NCBI RefSeq assembly: GCF_006345805.1
Contig: NC_042997.1
Location: forward strand, 1,178,001 to 1,242,000
DNA length: 64,000 nucleotides
Direction: 5' to 3'
Source: Octopus sinensis
Taxonomy: Eukaryota
This document shows positions 1 through 14,614 of the stretch, piece by piece. Numbering within the stretch: position 1 is the stretch's first letter; each line of letters opens with the position of its first letter. The position numbers and the translations under genes were made by a program. The notes beneath the pieces are model-generated. The model saw nothing but the letters and a program-made list of their open reading frames with translations, had not been told where the DNA came from and made no database searches.

Positions 1-120
1 TATTTCTCCATTTTCTTATTTTGTATATATATATATATACAATAATAAATATTAGGGAATAAATCCAAACTTACAGGGAAAAATCAGATTTAGGATTGAA
101 TCCAATTTATAGTAAAATAT

Positions 121-488
121 TATATTATATAAATTAGAGACAAAACCCCTATTATGCAAATCAAACAAAGACAGACTTAATCCAATACATAAATTAATTT
201 ATATTATTTAGTAATTTAACAATTATTAATATCCACTACGATTGTTTCATGTCTTCTTTTCATCACATCTTTGAGTAGTAGACATTCTTCAGGTGGTTTC
301 AAATATTCTTGGCGAGTTTAAACTATGAACTACTACTCAAAGATGTGATGAAAAGAAGACATGAAACGATCGTAGTGGATATTAATAATTTTTAAATTAC
401 TAAATAATATAAATTAATTTACGTATTGGATTAAGTCTTTCTTTGTTTGATTTGCATAATAGTGGTTTTGTCTCTAATTTATATAATA

Positions 489-490
<2 letters not shown>
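121..490. repeat. Inverted repeat, 161-bp arms (121-281 / 330-490) with a 48-nt spacer; Penelope-like fold-back end
   Basis: The right arm ctactactcaaagatgtgatg...aatttatataata is the reverse complement of the left arm, with a few substitutions and no indels. It contains an HHR and abuts a (TA)n run. Confidence 0.9.
233..296 (-). ncRNA. Type I hammerhead ribozyme (minimal, Penelope type)
   Basis: Minus strand reads ccac-CTGAAGA-atgtc[loop]gacat-GAAA-caatcg-TA-gtgg: helix I 4 bp, helix II 5 bp, short helix III (the + arm copy has palindromic cgatcg). Confidence 0.75.
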
Positions 491-531
<41 letters not shown>

Positions 532-707
532 TACTTAATATGCATTAAGTGAAAACTACAACAATACTTAAAGTATACAATACATTAAAATTAATTAATA
601 TACACAATGCTAGTACAAGCCATTAATATTGTAATCAAAATAAGAAATGGTTCAAATATAGACAAACTCATCAAATAAGCTAACTATATAATTAATATAT
701 ATGTGTA

Positions 708-1114
708 GTATCTATATGGCTCAGAAACCTGGACGTTATCAAAGAAGCTTGAGAGGCGGTTGGATGGAACCTACACTCGCCTCCTTATGAGAGCTCAAAA
801 TCTCTCGTGGAGGCGCCATCCAACTAAAATGCAAATATATGGGAAATTACCACCTGTGTCATCTCTTGTGAAGGGTAGGAGAGTCCAGTTTGCTGGACAT
901 TGTTGTAGAGCTGAAAAAGAAGTAATTTCTACTCTTCTCCTCTGGAAGCCATCTACTCGCAACACCAGAGGGCGCACACTCTCCTACCCTGATGTAATCT
1001 CCAGGGATACAGGCATCCAGCAACAGGACCTCCGTAATGCTATGATGGACCGTGAAGTCTGGCGCAACATGGTAAATTCCATTGTCTCGACCACGGTCGA
1101 ACAATGATGATGAT
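708..1114 (+). mobile_element. 3' end of an RTE-group LINE (RT C-terminus plus tgatgatgat tail)
   Basis: Translates YGSETWTLSKKLERRLDGTYTRLLMRAQNLSW...RRVQFAGHCCR...DREVWR, followed by a (tga)n tail. Confidence 0.85.
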
Positions 1115-1401
1115 CTATAGATTTAATATATCACTCAATAATATAGTTGACTAAATATCAATTAATATAATACCTATTAGTTTACAATTTACTTAATCAT
1201 CGGTATATTATTGTTATTTTATTTTAAATATTTCTATTATATGAATTTTCTAGATGGTGTAATTTAATTATTCATTTTGAATTGATAAAAGCTTTTTTGT
1301 TTTCTAATTTTTATATATATATATTATATTTTGTGAAAGTTGATTTAGTTTTCTAAATTGAATTTTTTCCTGTAAGTTAGGAATAATATTCCCTCAAATA
1401 A

Positions 1402-1467
<66 letters not shown>

Positions 1468-2089
1468 TCTACACTTGTATGCATACATACATACATACAC
1501 ATACATATAAGCACTCATATCTCTGTCGAGGTAGATGTAGGAGTATTTGCTAACACCAAATTTCAGTCAATGCACGAGTGTGTTAGACTGGTTGGGAAGG
1601 AGAATAAGACTACCAGAAATTTATCAAATGGCGCTTAGAACAGACTCCATTATATCTTTCTCAAGAGGGAGGGACGTGATGCAGAAAAAACGAGCATAGA
1701 GGATGGTAAAAACTTGCCTCAGCAAAACTTATGTTTGTGTATTGGACTTTCTCTCCCTACACCTGTAGGTGATTTCAGTCATCTTCGGTCTTGTAGTGGA
1801 TATGGTAAGATATCGGCTCCTGCATTCACTCACAGACGGAGTGTAGCAGATTATACTCTCAGCACACCAGTTTTAACGCGCGCACGCACACACACACACA
1901 CTAACAAACACACGTTTCCTTTCATTCTTTTATTCTTTTAGATACATTTCAGCCCATGCTAGAACATGAATTTAGCTTCTAGTGAAACAGTGAGTTCGAA
2001 ATTGCTGCCCTCTTTTGCGATTCTTGCCGTAATGTAGTTTCATTGGGACTTTGAACTGCAGGAGGTCGAGTAGTTTTTTGAACAATTTT

Positions 2090-2400
2090 ACCCGTACTCC
2101 ATGTTAAACTGTCAAATGTTGTGGCAAGATATTACATAGCCATGGACCCTTGGACCCCACGTTATTACAGTACATGTTCTTGAATGTAGACGGGATGACT
2201 TGGACGGTTGGAACAGCAAAGTGACGTTCTGTTCGGGTCCTGATATAGCTTCCGATGTTAAAGTTTGGTGCCAATCTCTCCAGAATCTTCAGGCCTGCAA
2301 TATACAAGAGGTGCAGTTTGCATCGAAAAGCAGTTGGAGATGTCATTCTGGGCTTAAAATAGCAGTAAAGTCTATTCACACGGAACAGCTATGTTTAAGT
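2090..2400 (-). mobile_element. Degenerate 3' fragment of a CR1/Jockey-type LINE ORF2
   Basis: Minus frame LKILERLAPNF...RTERHFAVPTV...YCNNVGSKGPWLCNILPQHL resembles a LINE C-terminal 'GPxLFNxLP' segment. Confidence 0.6.
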
Positions 2401-4365
2401 AGCAATAAATATCACTTATTCAATAAAGCTTTTACAAAAGATTTTGTACTGTTAAACTATGTGAAAATGTGTTTTTTAATTTAAAATTATTAATTGTTAG
2501 AAATATGTTTACAAATCAGAATCACACACATTTTATAAGGAAGTTGCCGTCACGTGTTATGTGCTTTGACTATTTATAGGCTTTCAAGCGTACGTCTTAT
2601 GGGGTAATACATAGAGATAAAAACTAATAGCAACTTCCTGCTTTCACAGTACCACCACACATGTATATTTAATCAATTGTAAACACTGGAACCGCTTCAG
2701 AATACATCTTTTTTTCTACACGAGGTTGTGTCATTTTCTTTTTAAGACTCACACACATACGCCCGCTCGCATACATACACACACGCTCGCACATACACAC
2801 ACACGCACACTCACACTCAATCACTCTTTCTCTCTTTTTGTCACACACACGTATTTACATTGTTTGCCAATATTGGTGTATTTGCTTGTCTAAATATAAC
2901 ATATAAAAAGAAGTTTTATCCATCTTGAGATTGGTTACTAACAGAACTCCCAACAACACAGTGGCTCAGATGTTTCAATGATCAATTATTTATAGAAACC
3001 CTACAAAAAGATGCAACCGAAGTAGCGTGTCTCATCTTTGACGATGCTTGATGTCTACGTATCCTTTTCTCGTGCAAATTATAATCTCCTAACTCACAGT
3101 ATTTTTCTTATTTTCCAAATATTAAATTTGTCTTTGATACTAAAAAAGAAATGAAATATCCATTCCCATTGCAATGCTATTCCCACTAGGAAAATTTCCT
3201 TATCTCATTTACAAGCACTAAGTTTTAAGTATGGAAACGGGCAATGAGCACAGTATTATTTTTAGCAAAACCTCTTAATCTCGTTTGCCATAAGTTTTTT
3301 ATTTACACTAAGAATTACTGTTGCTATGTTAAATATTGTTTCCCATTAAGCCTGATTCACTCTGATTCTTAGATAACGATTTAATACCAGATTCTTTGCT
3401 CGTTCATATGCACCGAATATCTATTGACCATTACTTGTATGTACTATCTCTAAATTGGAATGCATTTATTTCATGTCATATGTTATTGGTAATTAAGCAG
3501 TTCAACTGATATGTATAGTCACCCTGCGCGCGTAGGCGAAGGCACAGTATTGTAATCACTCATCTTTGTTTGCTTGTGTGTTTACAAAATTACTGGAAAA
3601 TGGGAGAACGGATTTTCACCAAATTTGGCAGAAATACTCATTGTGTGAGTGACTCGAAATGATGAAAATTTGGTTTGATTATCTTCAAACATACGTGATT
3701 ACATACATAGGTTTGCAACTGTACTGTACAGTGGTGGATTCGAGGGTTTCATTTCTTTACAAATTGATTTCTTAATTTCACTGGAATATAAATACCTATA
3801 AATGTGGTACTTAACGCTTGATTTACCTGCCACTACTGAAAGACGTTCAAAGTCTATGCAATATTTTCTATAAATATTTTATTTTGTTCACTTTCTTTTT
3901 CAAATGAATCGAGCTTCGTCTGCGTGTGTATAGATCGTGGTGTACCTATGCGCGTAGAGAAGTGGGTACATACATAAATACATATTTAGCTATGCGACTC
4001 TGTGTGTGTGTGTGCGTACGCACGTGTATATGTGTATGTTATGGATTCGAGTGTTTCGTTTATTTACGAGTTACTTTCTTAATATCACTAGTGTATAAAT
4101 ATCTATCTATGATGGTGATACATAAAAAAGTAAAAACAAAGAACTTACAACTTTACCGATAAGCCAGTTTAGTCAAACACGTACAGCGTTTAATTGAGTT
4201 CAATTAAAAAGCATAGGTATGCAACGCATTGTGAGCCACACTATAATTTGCGAGAAAATTTATCGGCGAAGCCTCTTTTTTCATCTGTGTGGCCTAATCT
4301 TCATGCGTGTTTCTCTATACACATTGCATAACACAGATGTTAACAATGTATATATATTTGTTATT

Positions 4366-4535
<170 letters not shown>

Positions 4536-4536
4536 C

Positions 4537-4873
4537 AAGTGTACGAGTAGTTCAGACGTTTCCAAGATAGCTGAATAAATATCTATATTAACGAACGTTC
4601 TGGGAGACCCACAACCAGCAGAACATAGAACAACATTGCAAAAGTGCGTACAACTACGAAGGCAAATCGTAGAATTACCATCCAGGAGTTATCAGAGGAT
4701 ATGCAGATTAGTTAATATTCAGTTCAATCTATCATCACTGAAGATTAGATTATGAGACGCGTCCCTGCTAAGTTTGTGCCCAAACTGCTTTCAGTTGACC
4801 AAAACGACACCTGGGTTTCAGTTGCACAGGATCTCCTTCATTGTGTTGAGAACGATGAAAACATTTTCAAAAC
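4537..4873 (+). mobile_element. Mariner transposase fragment (HTH region), pseudogenised
   Basis: QVYE*FRRFQD...ERSGRPTTSRT...RRITIQELSED...RRVPAKFVPKLLS...ENDENIFK with stops. Confidence 0.85.
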
Positions 4874-5124
4874 TTCGTGTAATCCTCTGAGCAGGTATCG
4901 TCAAGTTTTTGGCTGAATGTGATGCAGATTCTGTGCTCGAATGTCTTTGTCATGGACAATGCGACGGTCACACGCTACACACTGCTTTAAAGAGCAGGAG
5001 CTGGCACATTAGAACTTAGTACGCGGGCACGACAATTAACGGTCAATCTGTGCCATGCGACTTCAGTCTCCGTGCTTTAGCATCGTTTCTATCGTAATAG
5101 TCCGGTTGCTTATTGATCATATAC
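4872..5124 (-). mobile_element. Mariner 5' end (TIR, 5'UTR, first ~27 codons)
   Basis: Minus strand MTKTFEHRICITFSQKLDDTCSEDYTK, preceded by TIR-like atatgatcaataagcaaccggact. Confidence 0.7.
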
Positions 5125-6271
5125 TTACATATTTAAATCATTATATATGTGCGCATATGTGTGTGTATGTGCACATCCCACCGCCAGCTGATGAAACATT
5201 TCGCAGAAATTTCATAATTATTGTAGCTAAAATTTAATTTTAAGTTTTACTGATTGTCCGTGCCATAGGAAACTGCACCAATTTTACATCGTTTAGGTCT
5301 TTGATATATCATTAAAATTTGCAAAAGACCAGATTTTACTTATGCAAGATTACAACTTCATCGATTACATCCACTAACGAATGTCGTCGCATATCCAGAC
5401 GCAATATGAATAATTTTGTGTCATAGTAAATATATGATTGTTACAAAATATTTAACTTAAAATTCCTTGAAATATATAATGCATGCTTTGTACAAATGAA
5501 TATCAAGCAGATCTGGTTGAAAATAAAGTCTCGATACTTACTATTCAATAATTTGTGTGGGGTTGTGTAAGAATTGTTGAGTGTCGGCTACGTCAATGTT
5601 ATGGATTGCCAAATTATCAAAAAATGATTGATAAACATCACTCATATTTTTGATATTATGCACACGTAAAACCAATTCACGATTTAATAGCTGCTAATTA
5701 ACTTAAATCCGAATTGAGAAAGATATGAAAGTTACCAAAATTTACCTGCAGCAATTTCGCCCCCCCCCCAATAAAAACGAAGGAAAACAAAACAAAAACA
5801 TTGATGCAAATCAAAGACGGCAATATTGAAAACAATTCCAAGTATAATAATTAAAAGAGACTAAAAGACATGCCAGAAGCATAGATTATTAACTACTGTT
5901 TATGAATAAATATAAATTTTATTTTTCCTTAATATGAATGCAATAATTTCATTTCAGCAAAGCTAACCACTTACCCACACACAAACACAACACATTTACA
6001 AACACATTTAACGTATATATTAGGTTTTCCGAAGCACATGTGAAGTTGTTTATTACTGTAGAACATGGGCTTTGTCTGAAGGTGAATGCCGATCCCTCAA
6101 TTAGGTTGACGCATATAACACAGGTTGGTCATCTGCATTTTATACTGTCGGTTTATATATATATATATATAACAGAAATATGTTACAAAAAGAAAATAGA
6201 AACTACACGTGGATATGTAAGAAGAAAAAATAAGAGAAAATCCACATTGGAAATAAAAAAACGTAAAGGCT

Positions 6272-6341
<70 letters not shown>

Positions 6342-6539
6342 TATATATAGTCGAAGTTTAGAGAAAATCAAAATAAGAAGACAGGTGTATGAACAAGCAG
6401 GGGTTTGACGTTAGGGAAACTGAGAAACGAAGATGCACGTGTAAGTGTGTGTGTGCGTGTATGTGAAAATGTGTGTGTGTGTAGATAGGCGCTACTGGCT
6501 TTGACGTATGGATGTGTGCGTGTGTAAGTGTGTGCATTT

Positions 6540-7725
6540 GCAATGTGTAGGTGTGTGTGATTGGGAATGTGGGTGTGAGTGTATGGGATGTGTGTGGGTA
6601 CTGATGTGGGTGTGAGTGTATGGGATGTGTGTGGGTATTGATGTGGGTGTGGGTGGGTTATGTCGGAGTGCATTGTGGGGTGTAGGGTGTGGGTGGAGGG
6701 AGTATCAATAAAGAGAGGTGGGTAGGAGTGAAGAAAGCAAATATGTGTCTAATGAAGAGAGGTGAGTTGGGTAGGATTGAAGAGAGAAAGTAGGTGTCAG
6801 GACAAGAAGGGAGAGGAGAAGTGGGTAGCAATGAAGAGAGGTAGTAGGTATCAGATGAAGAGGGGAGAGGAGGGGAGTCAGATGAAGAGAGGAGCGAAGA
6901 CGAAATGCAGTTCACGGCGTTGGCGGGAGTCCAGATGGTCCCTGTGTAAAGAAATCCGAACTCAGACAGGTGTTGTAGTGAATGACTGGTAGAGCTGAAA
7001 TGGCGCGAGACCGGGCTGTCATTGCCGAATCTGATGTCTCGGATGAGCTCCGCGAACCGGTCAGCCAAGCGGCGTCCCGTTTGATTGATGTACAGAGAAG
7101 GGCATAAAGAGCAAGGGATGCAGTAAATGACACTGCTAGAAGTAAAGAAGGCGGTGATATGATAGGGACGATGATGGATACCTGTAAAGATAGTGGTGTT
7201 GGTGAGGTAAGGTCAAGTGAGCGTGGACGAGAACAGGAGAACGAGCCAAGCTGGCTGGTAGAGCTAGGGAAGAATCTATGTACCAGATGGTCACGCTGGC
7301 TCTAAGATCGTTTGAAGGAGGAAAGGGGTAGGTTTGGGAAGATATACGAGGTGAGTGGTCGGATTGGAGTCGCCGAAAGGCTTAGAGAATAAGGCATTGG
7401 AGGGGCAGAGTGGAGGGGTGTTAGTTAAGAGGAACGGGGGACAAGCAACGTCAGGGTGGTTGCGGGTGGGGGTAGAGTCACGGTCCACGGAACGTGCTAT
7501 GGCAAGGGCTGTGTGGATAGCGGTGAGGGGATACTCACCACAAAGGATGAAGTGGCGAGCTATGAGTTGAGACTGAGTCGCAAAGTCATGGTTGTCACTG
7601 CAGAGACTGCGCGGCAGGAGGAATTGGGAGTAGAGGATGGAGAGCTTGGCATGGGTAGGGTGGTAGGAGGAGAAGTGAAGTTATGAGTATGAGTCGTTGA
7701 GTGTGGTGGATGGAGGCATATGTAC
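6540..7725 (-). mobile_element. 5'-truncated Penelope-like element: RT thumb, GIY-YIG endonuclease and repetitive 3'UTR
   Basis: Minus strand ..SYLHFSSYHPTH.. and VIYCIPCSLCPSLYINQTGRRLADRFAELIRDIR..SPVSRHF, with frameshifts and stops. The 3'UTR has short tandem repeats (6568-6900). Confidence 0.8.
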
Positions 7726-8043
7726 ATTCTTATCTCTTCCTATCCCTCCACTACTTCTCTCCTATACCCGTCATAATATCATGATAACCAACTAGTATTC
7801 CTTTTTCCCATTTTCTCTTGTTTGCTTCTTTCTTTCTTCTTCTCTCCCCTATTCCTTTTGACCATTCTCTTCATTGTAAAATACACATCTTGTCTCTCCT
7901 CTCTATCTACTTAATACTACCACTACCTTGTCAAAAATTCACTTACCCCACAAGACTCCTAGGAATGAACAGCCCATGGCACCTAGATCTCCACACTGTA
8001 TGTAATGAGAAAATATGAACTCCTATCAGAATTTACATACCTA

Positions 8044-8263
8044 TGTCTTTACTACCCACAAGGAGCTAAATACAGAGAGGACACACAAACGGATTAAGTC
8101 GATTATATCGACCCCAGTGCGTAACTGGTACTTATTTAATCGACCTCGAAAGGATGAAAGGCAAAGTCGACCTCGGCAGAATTTGAACTCAGAACGTAAC
8201 GGCAGACGAAATACTGCTAAGCATTTCGCCCGGTGTGCTAACGTTTCTGCCAGCTCGCCGCCT
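8044..8263 (-). mobile_element. tRNA-derived SINE (family A; Meta/MESC-like core gcctttcatcctttcgaggtcgat)
   Basis: Near-identical reverse complement of 11449-11683, with an A/B-box-like head. Confidence 0.9.
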
Positions 8264-9024
8264 AATTTATATACCATGGGCAAGAAGCATTTCTACCAGT
8301 TCTACACACTACTTTCACACTACTGCAGCCATAACATCCTACATTTATTTTTACTTTTATTCTCTTATTTCCCTTTATAATTCTTATTTCCCTCTTTTTC
8401 CAAAATAACTCTTTCTATGGAACTTTACTATTTCCATCGTTTTAGCTATCTCACATCGTCACTGATGGAGTAAAATCCCTAATATCCCAGAAACAGTTGT
8501 AAGACTAACTTTCTCTCTATAAATGTCCTGAAAATTCCACACAGTTTTGGGTTTGTTGTCTCGTTCCATTTAACACACACACACAGACACGCACACAGAC
8601 ACACACACACACATATTATATTATGCATAAAATTATTATATAGAAGAACTGCAGGAATTTGCCAAAATCAATTTATGCAACTTATTGAATGAATTAAAGG
8701 ACATAGTAAATTTGTAATTCTGTTGGATGAATACATCAACGTTATAATGGCAATCCAACTATTGATATTTGCCATATGCACGATGAGAGTTATTTTGTCA
8801 ATCATTAGGTCATCATCATCCTTGTTTTAACGCATGCTTGCATGGATCAAATGAAATTTATTTGAGGCAGATATTCTACATCAAGATGCATTTCCTGTTG
8901 CCATAACTCACCTGTTTCCGAGTATGACAAAACAAGATTTCACAGAGGATTGGAAATGAAAGTCACTACTTGTATGACAGTGATCAACTATCGCACAAAG
9001 TCAAGGTATGGAGACATTAACACA

Positions 9025-9074
<50 letters not shown>

Positions 9075-9078
<4 letters not shown>

Positions 9079-9215
9079 TAGTTGGTGTTTGGGAGGTCGT
9101 CCATCCATAGAAACCATGCCAAAAGAGGTATGGAGACTGAATAGCTCTTCAGCTGGTCAGGGTGTAAAACTATCCAACCCATGCCAGCATAGAAAGCAGA
9201 CGCTATATGAAAATG
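9075..9215 (+). mobile_element. Degenerate copy of the RTE-type 3' tail
   Basis: Aligns to 31020-31170 (..ccaacccatgccagcatagaaagcagacg..atgatg). Confidence 0.6.
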
Positions 9216-9239
9216 ATGCTGAGACATACACACCTACAC

Positions 9240-9400
9240 TTATGCAAAGGCTTCTTTCAGCTTCCATCTACCATATCCGCTCACAACTTTGTTGAACCTG
9301 AGACTACAGCAGAAAACACATGCCCAAGATGCCATGCAGTGAGACTAAACTCGGAACCATGTGGTTATGAAGCAAACTTCTTATCGCACAGCCATACCTG
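9240..9400 (-). mobile_element. Degenerate SINE family B head
   Basis: Aligns to 61160-61320. Confidence 0.65.
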
Positions 9401-9599
9401 TGTTTACTATGAGATGTATAAAAGGTAATATGGTAATGTTGTCCCCAGTTTTTCTAAGGAAGAAGTTTTGTTGGTGGTGCAGGCACCATTTTAGTAAAAT
9501 AAGCACCTACAACATTCACTCATTGAATGATTCATTGATGAATCTTGATCGTTAAATTTTTTTTTCAGAGCTAAGAGCTGTTCACTGTGATGTCATGAT

Positions 9600-9800
9600 A
9601 TCAACATCAACATCATCATTTAACATCCATTTCCCATACTTGGCTCAACAGGAACACTGGCGAACCGAAGGATTGCAACAAGCTTTAATGTCTGCTTCGA
9701 CATAGTTTCTATGGCTGCACGCCATTCCCAATGCTAACCACTTTATATAGTGTACTGGGTGCATTTTACTTAGCACAAGCAACAGTGAGGTCTCCAAGTA
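9600..9800 (-). mobile_element. Degenerate RTE-type 3' tail
   Basis: catcatcatttaacatcc...gccattcccaatgctaaccac is a diverged reverse complement of 31000-31170. Confidence 0.55.
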
Positions 9801-11448
9801 ATTTGCAAGACAAGATCCCTGTACTGAGGAGGAGGCGGAGTCGTATCGAGGGAAGTGACTTTACACTGGGCAATGAGATATTATGAAATAGAGATAGGAA
9901 CAGGTGTTTTACTGTAGGGGAGATACATGGATTGGAAAAGAATGAGAAAGGGGTGGAAATAATGTGCTAGAATGATATATTATCAGTTTTATCCTCAGTT
10001 TCATCAAGCCATCAATTTGTTGTCATAATGCGTGGAATACATACAACTGTTAACCAGTATAACATTACTACCTGATTCTAGTGTACCTTCAGAGCAGTAC
10101 CCTCTGCATTGTAAGCACTCAGAACAGTTCTACAATCTTGACGATATCCTGATATGTTGATATACTTTGATATTTGATATTTTGTCATCGCTTCACTACA
10201 CTAGTCTTGGAATATGTGTGAAAGGTGAGGATTGCCTCTGCCCTTCAACCACTGATAACTAAAAGTTCAGTCAATGTTATGTGTGCATATGTATGCGTGT
10301 GTAATCATGTGTGTATATATGTAGGTATGTGAGTGTGTATTAATGTATCTATATGCATATACATGTGTGTATACATACATATATGTGTGTACATTCCTTT
10401 ATGTAAAGAGAAAGTCTGACAGTTACGAGATTACTGAAAGTAGAAACTGCTGTTGAGTACCACATCTTGATCAATAATCTATGTATCTGACACCCACCTC
10501 CCTAATGCTTTCTACACACACGTCACTACTACGAACATACCCTGGTGGAGATTAAAAGTAAAAAAGAAACAACAACAAATGGAAAACAAAAGAGGAAATT
10601 AAACAGAAATTAAGAGGAGTTTTGATGTTGTAATGATGTAATAATAAGCAATGTTGAGTCAATTAAGACTAATAAACAAACAAGAACAACAATTGCTTGA
10701 ATATAAATAAATATTTGAAACATGACTCATCAAAGACTACACTAAAAATATGTATCTAAATCAAAGGTTCTGATCATCATGAAATAAGAGCATCCTGATC
10801 AATGTTACTTGAGAAATAATAAGGCCTTAACAGTGCCATCTTCAGGTAGGGGCACAGTTACCAGTGGCCTGGAGGGCTCACAGGGCTTGGGGCCTAATTC
10901 TAGTTAGTCTATGTATTCTTGTGGCTTGCAATCAATACGTAAATACTATAGGTCTGGTACACTGATTTCTTTGGCAGCCTACATTGATACTGTCTCAGTA
11001 GCAATGTAAGCCTTAGCTCAACACTCAACAGGGACCTTTAACATCTGAAAAGCACTAAATTGATTTCACCATGGTCAGAATACATTGATATGAAATCTTA
11101 GGTCACTATTGCTTAGTGAGTGAGCGATGGAATATTATTGTAAGTGATGTACATACACGCACACAAATACACACACATAGACAATCACACATGTAGTTTT
11201 AGTGTATTTTAATTGAACCAATCTAAAAGTTTTGCATACTTACATATACACAGAGATATATGTTTATGTATGTATTGCTTGTATATGTGTCAGTATGTGT
11301 GTAATTATGCCCGGATATATGTGTTTGTATGTATGCAGTTGTGTGGTGGGGGTCGGTCGTATGTAAATTCTGTGCATAAATTTCCATGCTTTTTTGACCG
11401 TAACACTACTCTAAAAAATCCCTAAACTGTAAATATATCTCTCTCCTT

Positions 11449-11683
11449 GAAGGCGTCGAGCTGGCAGAAACGTCAGCACGTCGGGCGAAATGCGTAGCTG
11501 CATTTCGTCTGCCGTTACGTTCTGAGTTCAAATTCCGCCAAGGTCGACTTTGCCTTTCATCCTTTCGAGGTCGATTAAATAAGTACCAGTTACGCACTGG
11601 GGTCGATGTAATCGACTTAGTCCGTCTGTCTGTCCTTGTTTGTCCCCTTTGTGTTTAGCTCCTTGTGGATAGTAAAGAAATAG
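11449..11683 (+). mobile_element. Full-length SINE family A with target-site duplication
   Basis: Head ggcgtcgagctggcagaaacg and core gcctttcatcctttcgaggtcgat; flanked by gtaaatatatct(ct)ctcctt at 11429 and 11684. Confidence 0.92.
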
Positions 11684-12084
11684 GTAAATATATCTCTCCT
11701 TCGGAGACCAACATTTTGATACTTTCAGTATCTATCTTTCAGGTTTCTATTTCTTTATACTCTTGTTCCCTCTCCCATGCTTTTCTGTTATAACCCTTAC
11801 TCCCTCCCTGCTTAATTTTCCACACTAACTTCACAATTGTATATATTCATCGTTTCTTATCTTGGATCAGCTAACCTTTACTTTGCCTAACCGGTCTCTC
11901 TTTTCAGTGATTAGCCTCCAGCTACCTCTTCTTATTTTCCCTTGGCGAGACATTTTACTCTATCCTAATTTGTTCTTTCCATTTTCTCTGGTGAAAAGAC
12001 TTCACTGCTTAAAAGTTATCGCCTCTTCGTCCAATATTTTTTATCATAGCCACATGAGGTAAATTTCTCTTCGCCCAACTTAAA

Positions 12085-12116
<32 letters not shown>

Positions 12117-13354
12117 ATCGTTTATTTTTGGTACACTAGTGTGCATGCACTATCACAGTAGTCGGATGTTAAATAGCAACTGTATTGATAATGTGCCGAA
12201 ATTCACTTCGACTTCAGTCAGCAGATGATTAAAAAGAACAGTTCCCTTGTATCGGATATCTTACTTGTCTGTCTGTATTTAATTTTACTCTCTCATTCTC
12301 CACCTGCACATGCAGGCACATAAAAATTCAGCCTACCCCGCCCCTCACACACACATTTACCCATATGTGCATATACATTTATGCAATTATCTAAAGTTGT
12401 TTCGAAGCAACATTTTCTAACTTTTCCAAACCCAGCAGACTTAACAATACGTTATAACATAGCAATTTATTTATATTTAAGGACCAGTACTAACTTAGTT
12501 CTATTCTGTAGATTGTGCCGCAAATATTCCAGGTAATTCATCAATAGAAATCAATATTTATGGTTGCAGAATTCACCAAAACCTATACCGTATTCCGTTA
12601 TTTAATAATGGTAATTCTCTGTACACATATTTACTTAGTAGCTGAAAATATTTTCAGCAAATAGCCATTTCATTAAGGTTACTTTTCACAACTTATTCCA
12701 TGCAAATAGTAATGTTCATTCTTTAGCAATATTGAGCGTTAATATATCAACAAAGTGAACGTAGTCAAAGTCATCACAGTTCTTCAGTTAAGCGTATTAT
12801 TTTCTCTGAATTTTTGCATGTTTTTTAGTGTGTGAGTATTTTATTTATGTTCATTTGCCAAAGAAGGATAAAATGATCGAAGTCGATAGAAAAAATGTCA
12901 TAAATTTGCTATTTTAAAACTAAATAATCTGCAAAAGGAATATTTTTAGAAACACTTATTTCGCACTACATCCCCCCCCAGTTCACACATATATTATATA
13001 TATGAATGTAGAGATGGCTGTATCTTTTGCGAGAATTGATCATAAAATATATCAGTAAGTATGCATCGATAATTATATTTCACCTTGAGGATTCGTCATA
13101 AAATATGTTTCAACTGATGCTTTTGCTTCGTAATGAGTAGGAATAGAAAAAAAAAGCGGGGGAGAAAAAGAGGCGTATAACTCGCACCAATATTTTACTA
13201 TTGCACACATATACAAAATTTCGTGTAGACAGCTATGCATGCATATACACACGAGCGCACATACGCAAACGTCATGCACACAAAAACATATATACAACCA
13301 CACATATATAGCTGCATATATGCATATGTATGTATATGGACGCATATATATATA

Positions 13355-13419
<65 letters not shown>

Positions 13420-14406
13420 TGAATATACATGCACACACACATACTCTCGTTCTCTCACACATGCATATATGCATATATGGGTGCATATATATATATTTGT
13501 AGATGTTCATATGTTGTATATGGAGAAAATTTAAGAGGGAAATTACCGCGGTAGAAGGTAAGGACAAATTAGGTATGGTATGTGGAATAATATTTTAAAG
13601 AACATTTAGTGAATATTAACAGCATTTTTCACACTTCACTTTAATGATTTGCTCCTTTTGCATTTCGTTTGTAATTGCAATTAAGTAGGGTCCTTGGGTA
13701 GTTTTTATCAGAGTTCTGCGCACTTAATGATATTCTCTTATATATATCTTGACAAATCCCAAAACGTTAGCCTCTTCGTAAGTGCGGATATTGCAAAAAG
13801 AACAAAAATGTCCCTGATAACGTAACAAACATCTGCTTCCTTTCTTTCTGCATTGGACATTTCCACATTTACTGATTGTTTGCAGCTGCATCTGCGTAAT
13901 ACGAAGTTGTTCAACAAATGTACCCGCATAGAAACTTCAACGTGTTACTGCATATTATATATATGCATATATATATATGTGTGTATGTGTGTGTGTGTGT
14001 GTGTATGTGTGTATGTGTGTGTGTGTGTAAATACCGAATATTCAGAATGAGTACTCAACAGAGCATTGTTGGATCAAGTTTCCTTATTTTTCTAACAAGG
14101 CTACTATTCGCTTCATGTTAAGAAGATAAGGTATTATGATTTGTCTTAAATTCAAAACAAATGGCAGACTTAATACACAAAAAAGAATATATATATATAT
14201 ATTTCTGAACAAGGATAATATTGATAATAACTTCGAAGATTTGGTCAGCTAATTTGCCATTGGGCAGATGATGGCTTAGCTGCCAGAAACTGAAGTATTC
14301 TTGATACAAAATAATAAATTTGTACGCAACAAAAAAGCTTTTAGTTCAAAGTGAAGTTATATTTGTTATTACTTAACATCAACACGTTCATGTATATACA
14401 TACATG

Positions 14407-14445
<39 letters not shown>

Positions 14446-14614
14446 TATATATATATACATGCATATATATATATATATATATATATATCAACATCACAAT
14501 CAAGGAACGCCATAATAGGCCATTCACCCACTAGAAATAACAGCCAAAAGCTTCAACCGCAAAATAACATCAATTCCGTGACCCAGGAGAAAATTAAAAA
14601 ACATTTACCCTGTA

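Noticed and set aside
5184-5235. CTGATGA...GAAA as a hammerhead
   Set aside because: No convincing helix II closure and no helix I partner.
12512-12532. Possible 21-nt micro-exon (tgtag|...ccag|gtaatt)
   Set aside because: Too short to distinguish from chance splice-like signals.
12641-12658. 18-bp perfect palindrome gctgaaaatattttcagc
   Set aside because: About one is expected by chance in 64 kb of AT-rich DNA (rough estimate).
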